Assembly (NCBI RefSeq): GCF_001997385.1
Contig: NZ_CP019633.1
Location: 1,500,001 to 1,532,000 of the forward strand
Reading direction: 5' to 3'
DNA: 32,000 nucleotides
From: Sedimentisphaera cyanobacteriorum
GTDB lineage: Bacteria > Planctomycetota > Phycisphaerae > Sedimentisphaerales > Sedimentisphaeraceae
The notes under the pieces are model-generated. The model saw only the letters and a program-made list of their open reading frames with translations, was not told where the DNA came from and ran no database searches. The position numbers were made by a program, and so were the translations under genes. Shown piece by piece: positions 26,689 through 32,000 of this stretch (within the stretch, counting starts at the first letter, position 1; the number at the start of each line of letters is the position of its first letter).

Positions 26689-27507
26689 TCAAAAAGGGAG
26701 CTTAGTTTTCATTATATCGTGGTCGATTTGGCAATCAAACCGTGAGCAGAGCATCTCCAGCTGTTCATCGCTTAGATAATTCAGCTTTGGTGAACACAGA
26801 CGCGCCTTGAAAAATATATCAACCGTTTTCTCGGCAACGTGTATCCTGCCGAAGGCCTCATCAAGGTTGTTTCCAACCGCAAGCAGGCCGTGATACTCCC
26901 AAAGAAGAACCGGCCGATGCCTTAGCAGCTTTGCAGATTCCTCGCCGATCTCATTAGTGCCCGGCACGTGCCAAGGCAGGAAAGAAACGCCTTTAGGGAA
27001 TACCACCAGGCATTCTGTCTGGATCACCCAGAGCAGCTTGCTGAGGATATTTGAATCGAGCTTAACAGCGCAGGAAAGTGCGATGAGATTCGGCGTATGG
27101 CAATGTATCAGTACGCGCGTGCCTCCGGGCTGGCCTGATGCAACCTCATTATGCGTTAAGAGGTGAGAAGGCAGCTCTGATGTGGGCATTAAACCGTTCT
27201 GAAAGCCCCACAAAGTACGATATGCCCCGCCCTCAGGCGAAATCTCTATAAGGCCTCCGTTTGAGGATGGAGAAATCTCTACATTACGAATGTAACTGCC
27301 GCTGCCGGGAGTGTAGAACACCTCACCTGCAAGATTGGGACACTTTTTGGGCAGCTCTTCCCACTTGCCCGCGCAAGGGTTTATCTCTTCGAGTACAGCT
27401 CTATCAATTCGGACACTTATATTGCCGCCGTTGGCTTCAACCCAGCCTTTATGCCACATATCGGCAGTTGTCTTCTTAATCTCAGTTAGAAAGTTTTCAA
27501 GAATCAT
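26689..27507 (-). CDS. rhaD: Rhamnulose-1-phosphate aldolase (class II aldolase)
   Basis: 272 aa. It is collinear with E. coli RhaD blocks recalled from memory: GWVEANGGNIS, PTSELPSHLLTH, LIHCHTPNLIAL, ECLVVFPKGVSFLPWHVPGTNEIG and HGLLAVGNNLDEAFG. Confidence 0.85.
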   Translation of the reverse strand: MILENFLTEIKKTTADMWHKGWVEANGGNISVRIDRAVLEEINPCAGKWEELPKKCPNLAGEVFYTPGSGSYIRNVEISPSSNGGLIEISPEGGAYRTLWGFQNGLMPTSELPSHLLTHNEVASGQPGGTRVLIHCHTPNLIALSCAVKLDSNILSKLLWVIQTECLVVFPKGVSFLPWHVPGTNEIGEESAKLLRHRPVLLWEYHGLLAVGNNLDEAFGRIHVAEKTVDIFFKARLCSPKLNYLSDEQLEMLCSRFDCQIDHDIMKTKLPF

Positions 27508-27522
27508 ATTGCCCTCGCTGGT

Positions 27523-28782
27523 CTATCTCTTTGACAGAACATCCTTTTCGTACTGCCTTACCTCATCAAGCCAGCTTATGCCCGCCGGAACGCACATCTG
27601 CTCGCAGTAATACTTCCACACAGCGTTGAAAGGCATAGTTTTGAGCTCCTCCCTGTATGCAAGCCTTGAAGTAAAATCGAATTCTCGCTCTTTCTCCTGA
27701 AGCATTTTTGTAGGCTCGAGAAACGCAAACAGCATCGCCTTGAGCAAATTCCTCGCACCTATCACCCATGCCGCTATGCGGTTTATACTCGCATCAAAGA
27801 AATCAAGTCCGATGTGTATATCGCTTAACCTTCTGCTGCGTACAAGCTCGTGAGCGATTTCTATTAGCTCTTCGTTGAGTGTAACAACATGGTCGCTGTC
27901 CCAGCGTACCGGCCTGCTTACATGCAGAAGCATTTTTTCATAAAACAACAAAATCGCTGAGATCTTTTCAGAGATCATCTCTGTTGGGTGGAAGTGTCCC
28001 GAGTCAAGACATATCATCTTTCCCCTGCTCAACGCATACCCCATATAAAACTCGTGCGAGCCGACAGTGTAGCTCTCAGCACCAATGCCGAACAGCTTAG
28101 ACTCAACTGAATCAAGTGTTAGCTCTTTAGGATAATCCTTTTCGAAAATTTCATCAAGAGATTCGGTTAGTCTTTCTCTCGGGGCAGCTCTGTCAACCGG
28201 CACGTCCTTAAAACCGTCCGGAATCCAGAAGTTGTTTGCTGATTCGGTGTTAAACTGTTTGCCAAAATACGCTGCTATTTCCCTGCATCTTCTACCGTGC
28301 TCAATCCAGAAATCCCTGACTGCCCTGTCCGGGTGGCTTAGAGTAAGCCCGTCGGAAAACTTATCGTGGGCAAAAAAAGTGGGGTTGAAGTCTATGCCTT
28401 GAAGCCTCTCTCTGCCCCAGTGTGCCCAGCTTTCAAAATGCTTTACCTCGATCTGGTCTCTGTCAACAAAGCCGCCGAGATTGTCAAGGTAGCAGGCATG
28501 CAGATTCAGCCTGTGTTTGCCCGGAATCAAAGACATTGCAAACTCTATATCACTGCGGAGCTGCTCGATGTTTTTTGCTTGTCCGGGATAATTGCCGGTG
28601 GCCTGAATGCCGCCGGAGAGCTGTGAACCGTTATGTTCAAAGCCGCCAACATCATCCCCCTGCCAGCAATGTATTGAAACTGATATGCTTTTTAATGCCT
28701 GAATTGCAGTTTCAGTATCAACCCCTAAAGAGGCATACTGCTCTTTGGCAAATTTGTATTCAGCTTCGATATTAATGCTCAT
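27523..28782 (-). CDS. rhaA: L-rhamnose isomerase
   Basis: 419 aa. Strong RhaA blocks are present: SIHCWQGDDVGGFE, GGIQATGNYPG, FGIGAESYTVGSHEFYMGYA, LDSGHFHPTE, LLHVSRPVRWDSDHVV and IGLDFFDASINRIAAWVIGARN. The gene ends at a TAG at the position where, from memory, E. coli RhaA also ends. Confidence 0.95.
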   Translation of the reverse strand: MSINIEAEYKFAKEQYASLGVDTETAIQALKSISVSIHCWQGDDVGGFEHNGSQLSGGIQATGNYPGQAKNIEQLRSDIEFAMSLIPGKHRLNLHACYLDNLGGFVDRDQIEVKHFESWAHWGRERLQGIDFNPTFFAHDKFSDGLTLSHPDRAVRDFWIEHGRRCREIAAYFGKQFNTESANNFWIPDGFKDVPVDRAAPRERLTESLDEIFEKDYPKELTLDSVESKLFGIGAESYTVGSHEFYMGYALSRGKMICLDSGHFHPTEMISEKISAILLFYEKMLLHVSRPVRWDSDHVVTLNEELIEIAHELVRSRRLSDIHIGLDFFDASINRIAAWVIGARNLLKAMLFAFLEPTKMLQEKEREFDFTSRLAYREELKTMPFNAVWKYYCEQMCVPAGISWLDEVRQYEKDVLSKR

Positions 28783-28869
28783 ATTAACCTTGTCGTTAAA
28801 CCATAAATACCATTATTAAAATCTTCATTTTAATTTTAATAATTCATAGACAGCACCGTAACCCATCGA

Positions 28870-28898
28870 TGCGACATTATTTTGTCTTTTTGCGACAT
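28870..28898 (-). promoter_or_regulatory. Candidate AraC-type operator: direct repeat TGCGACAT x2 with 21-bp periodicity upstream of rhaA
   Basis: TGCGACAT occurs at 28870..28877 and 28891..28898, with starts 21 bp apart, 88-116 nt upstream of the rhaA ATG at 28782. AraC/XylS dimers typically bind direct half-sites two helical turns apart. Confidence 0.3.
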
Positions 28899-29002
28899 AC
28901 CCCCCTGCCAAGCCGAGAAATCACAGTATCCTTGCAAAAAGGCTTATTTTAGGCCTTCTTCTGCGATTCCCGCTAAAGCAGTCATTTTTAGATTATGCAA
29001 GA

Positions 29003-30484
29003 TTATTTCACTCGGTTGTATTCGGGGCAAGAGGTTTTCTCACTGCCCCAGCGGTCTATAACAGCCTTCAGGGCTTCGTCGGTCTCGGGGAATCGGCCTT
29101 TATCGTCGGTTTCCAGTATCCAGCGATATAGCGCATCCCGCATTTTTGCAAGCGCCAAGGCGTGTTCTTTTTTCCATGAATGAACGAGATTAACCGTTTC
29201 GTAGGGGTCTTGCTTTAGGTCGTAGAGCTCTTCTGCGGGTCTGCGCTCGCAGGCAAATCTATCCTGCACTTCATTGAGCCTGCCCTCTTCGTGCAGCTTC
29301 CTGAGGACTTTCATATAATTATGCTCGTCTCTATACTGCGGCTGGAGGTATGGACGGTCTGTCATAAAGTTGCGAATATACTTATATCTTTTGCCTACCA
29401 CCGCACGTATCCTGTCGAGGGTATAGTCGCAGCGGTCTCTTGCAGAGAAAACAAACTCTCTGTGGAAATCGTCTGCGAAGAGGTCTTTTGCATGCATATG
29501 GTCTGGGATTTCTATGCCGGCAAGCTTTAGCGCCGCTCCGCTTATATCGAGCCCGCTCACTAAATCATTACGAACTTTATTTGCAGGTATGTCTGGTCCG
29601 GCTGCTATCAGCGGAGCTCTTATTCCGCCCTCATAAACAAACTGCTTGTGTCTGGGCAGGCACATACCGTGGTCGGAGAAGAAGAATACTGCTGTATTTT
29701 CATAAAGCCCGTCCTCCTTCAAGCGACGTATTATATCGCCGAGAATTTCGTCCATCTTAAGGATTGTATCGTAGTGATGGGCAATCTCTTTTCTGTAAAC
29801 AGGGTGGTCGGGATAGTACGGCGGCACCGTAACATCTTCCGGACTGACCCTTTTCGGAGAGCTGCCTTTCTTCCCGCCTCTGAGCTGAATCTGACCGAAA
29901 AAAGGCTGTCCATCTGCTCTGTTTGTCCATTCTGTGCCGTTTTCAGCTCCCTTGAAGCCGTTATCTCCCTTGCGGTCGTAGAGGTCTTCATCGGAAAAAA
30001 CGAAGTTGTAGTGGTTTTTGCCCTCGTTAAAGGTGTAATAGCCTGCTGCTTTGAATATCTCTGGAAGAGTTCGCACGCCGATATGATTGGGATGCCAAGT
30101 TTCCATTTCACTGCCCCGCCAAGAGCTGAAAGAGCTGTAATGCTCGTGAGCAGCAATGGAAGTTTGATACATTCCTGTTATCAGTGCCGAACGTGTGGGC
30201 GAGCAAACCGGAGCGGGCATATAAGCTCTGTTAAAGCGTACGCCTCTTTCTGCAAGCTTATCGATATTGGGCGTTTTGATGGTATTGTCGCCGTAGCAGC
30301 TCATCCAAGGGTTGGTATCTTCGAGATAAACCCAAAGTATGTTGGGCTTGTTTTTGAGGTCTTTGGGTCTGAGAGAGTGGCTGTTGCCTGAGGCTGAAAA
30401 TGCCTGTTTTGAAAGTGATGCAGAGGCGATCCCAAATGCTGCACTTTTAAGAAAATTTCTTCGACCAACTGATTTAAAATCCAT
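29003..30484 (-). CDS. Cys-type (formylglycine-dependent) sulfatase with a Tat signal peptide
   Basis: 493 aa. The N-terminus MDFKSVGRRNFLKSAAFGIASASL has a twin-arginine motif. The sulfatase signature is CSPTRSALITG, and downstream family blocks FFSDHG and GGIRAPL are present. An AAGGAG Shine-Dalgarno sequence lies upstream. Confidence 0.9.
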   Translation of the reverse strand: MDFKSVGRRNFLKSAAFGIASASLSKQAFSASGNSHSLRPKDLKNKPNILWVYLEDTNPWMSCYGDNTIKTPNIDKLAERGVRFNRAYMPAPVCSPTRSALITGMYQTSIAAHEHYSSFSSWRGSEMETWHPNHIGVRTLPEIFKAAGYYTFNEGKNHYNFVFSDEDLYDRKGDNGFKGAENGTEWTNRADGQPFFGQIQLRGGKKGSSPKRVSPEDVTVPPYYPDHPVYRKEIAHHYDTILKMDEILGDIIRRLKEDGLYENTAVFFFSDHGMCLPRHKQFVYEGGIRAPLIAAGPDIPANKVRNDLVSGLDISGAALKLAGIEIPDHMHAKDLFADDFHREFVFSARDRCDYTLDRIRAVVGKRYKYIRNFMTDRPYLQPQYRDEHNYMKVLRKLHEEGRLNEVQDRFACERRPAEELYDLKQDPYETVNLVHSWKKEHALALAKMRDALYRWILETDDKGRFPETDEALKAVIDRWGSEKTSCPEYNRVK

Positions 30485-30715
30485 TTTAGGCTCCTTAATA
30501 TTTAACGAAACTTAAAGAATTCAGCTATAACACTTCAAAACGACCTCAACCGTCTAAAGAGATTGCAGCCATTTTACAAAGCACTCAACACAGCTGAAGC
30601 AGTAAAGATTGAAGGCATAAAAAAACATAGGAGATTTTAAGCAGAATATCAAGCTTTAAATAACTACAGCGGCATAAATGTGCGATAAATCAATATGCGA
30701 ACAGGGGACGTAATC

Positions 30716-31834
30716 TCATTTTGGTAGCTTTCCTTTGAGGTTCATAATACGCTCATAGCTCTGCCTGATTCTGGCTCGTTTAATCCTGCCATCCAACACC
30801 AAGCCTTCTATCATCCCAAGGGCATTTTCCACAATATCGGGCTGCCATGACAGATTGTTTGCGAAAAGCAGGATATCAGCACCTGCGTTTATCGAAAGCT
30901 CAATGCTCTTCTTGAGCGAATACTCATCTGCTACCGCCTTCATCTGCATATCATCAGTAATAACAACTCCATCCCAGCCGATACCGAGGCGAAGCATTGT
31001 GGTGAGAAAGTTTTTTGAAAGCGTTGCGGGGTATCGGGGATCGATGTTTTCATTTACCAGATGCGCGGTCATAACCATATCAGCCGCTCCAGACTGGATA
31101 ATACTGCGAAACGGGACAAGCTCCTCAGACTGCCAAGTATCTGTTATGTCGGTAAGGCCTTTATGGGAATCGTTGTATGCGCTGCCGTGCCCCGGAAAGT
31201 GTTTTATGCAGCTGAGCACATCAGCCTCCCTGAGCCCTTGTGCGAAGGCCCTGCCGTGAACGGAAGTTTTATGCGGGTTTGCCGAGAAGCTTCGTTCGAG
31301 CATTCCAATAGCGGGATTCTGCGGATTAATGTTCACATCAACACACGGGGCGAGATTCAGATTTATTCCCATTTCAGCAAGCGTTCGGCCAATTCTTCTG
31401 CCTGCTGCCATAGTTTTTTCCAGCTCGTCCAGATTCCCCCAATGCTGTGCTGAGTATGTTTTCGGGAAGCCGTATTTCTCCTTGAGCCTCGAAACCTGCC
31501 CCCCTTCCTGATCTACTGCCACGAGAAGAGGGGTTTTCGCGCGGGATTTAAGTGCAGCAACAAGCTTTTTCAGCTGTGAAGGGCTTTGGATATTGCGAAC
31601 AGGCTTACCAAGCGATACATCATAATCAAACAGTATCACGCCTCCGAGATTGCGTTTCTCGATATCTTCGAGTATCTCGGGGCATTGTTCTGGCGTGAGC
31701 CCGCGGAAACCAGCCATCAGCATCTGGCCGGCCATCTTACGCAGTCCGGTCTCTTCTTGGTCTTGAGCATACGAAAAAGGGGCTGTAAATACCGAAACTG
31801 CAAATATAAATGCTGCCGCAACTTTTTTTAGCAT
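30716..31834 (-). CDS. nagZ: GH3 beta-N-acetylhexosaminidase (NagZ-like), exported
   Basis: 372 aa from the ATG at 31834 (GAGGAA Shine-Dalgarno sequence), giving the signal peptide MLKKVAAAFIFAVSVFTAPFSYAQ. The track ORF's 45-aa extension to 31969 is unlikely. GH3 blocks: LLVAVDQEGGQVSRL, IKHFPGHG and GVVITDDMQMKA. Confidence 0.8.
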   Translation of the reverse strand: MLKKVAAAFIFAVSVFTAPFSYAQDQEETGLRKMAGQMLMAGFRGLTPEQCPEILEDIEKRNLGGVILFDYDVSLGKPVRNIQSPSQLKKLVAALKSRAKTPLLVAVDQEGGQVSRLKEKYGFPKTYSAQHWGNLDELEKTMAAGRRIGRTLAEMGINLNLAPCVDVNINPQNPAIGMLERSFSANPHKTSVHGRAFAQGLREADVLSCIKHFPGHGSAYNDSHKGLTDITDTWQSEELVPFRSIIQSGAADMVMTAHLVNENIDPRYPATLSKNFLTTMLRLGIGWDGVVITDDMQMKAVADEYSLKKSIELSINAGADILLFANNLSWQPDIVENALGMIEGLVLDGRIKRARIRQSYERIMNLKGKLPK

Positions 31835-32000
31835 TATTTTCCTCAGCACAATTAAATAAACTGCTTTACCTTCAGTTTCATTATAAGCAACCGTGCAAAG
31901 ATGTCTATAACGGATGCAATCGAAGCGAGAACTGATATATACTTGCTTCGAGGAATCGTTTAGATGCAAGTATTTTTAAAATCATAAGCCGCCGGCGAGT

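Noticed and set aside
31835-31969. 45-aa N-terminal extension of the GH3 gene. Similar track-derived extensions occur at 20527..20592 (DUF2723 gene), 21572..21664 (permease), 22428..22454 (BtuF-like) and 2792..2806 (gspH-like).
   Set aside because: The internal starts have Shine-Dalgarno sequences, give proper signal peptides or family-typical lengths, and avoid long overlaps with upstream genes. The extensions have odd composition.
1-32000. Genome-wide reassignment of TAG to a sense codon
   Set aside because: rhaA terminates at a TAG at the position where, from memory, E. coli RhaA also ends, and gspD and the DUF2723 gene also end plausibly at TAG. Only two internal TAGs occur in about 27 kb of coding sequence. 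Full reassignment is therefore unsupported; at most, low-level suppression or readthrough remains open.
31983-32000. Possible 3' end of another minus-strand gene at the right edge (…ggc ggc tta tga)
   Set aside because: Only 18 nt are visible, which is too little to support a call.

Overview
All calls come from reading the ORF track and the raw sequence, using motif recall only; no homology search was run. The window is about 90% coding, and all but two genes are on the minus strand.

Gene content:
- **Secretion (1-9394):** a compact type II secretion operon in the canonical order gspD-E-F-G-H-I-J-K. gspK is not in the supplied ORF track because it runs off the left edge.
- **Housekeeping and transport genes:** a DHH/NrnA phosphoesterase, LL-diaminopimelate aminotransferase (dapL), a DUF2723/GT39-like membrane protein, a btuF/btuC-like ABC importer pair and an MBL-fold hydrolase.
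- **Carbohydrate utilisation:** a GH115 alpha-glucuronidase, a large LamG/Ig-like exported protein, two AraC regulators, an L-rhamnose catabolic operon (rhaA-rhaD-FGGY kinase-araC), a Tat-signal Cys-type sulfatase and an exported GH3 beta-N-acetylhexosaminidase.

This content suggests a PVC-superphylum polysaccharide degrader (Planctomycetota/Kiritimatiellota/Lentisphaerota-like). That assignment is inference only. I found no rRNA, tRNA, CRISPR array, transposase or recognisable defence system, and no clear novel multi-gene system.

Observations worth a second look:
1. Two unrelated exported proteins, the LamG protein and the BtuF-like binding protein, are each interrupted by a single in-frame TAG with family-typical sequence on both sides. 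A third TAG ends rhaA in frame with rhaD.
2. The GspI-like and GspJ-like pseudopilins carry long acidic disordered C-terminal tails, and the secretin is unusually long and rich in low-complexity sequence.
3. A 750-bp non-coding island (23303-24052) holds short tandem repeats, a perfect 13-bp inverted repeat pair and a GNRA-capped hairpin.
4. The two secreted CAZyme-locus proteins share a C-terminal FA-x-x-W-L-x-D tail motif.
5. The ABC importer operon has no ATPase gene; a DUF2723 membrane protein occupies that position.
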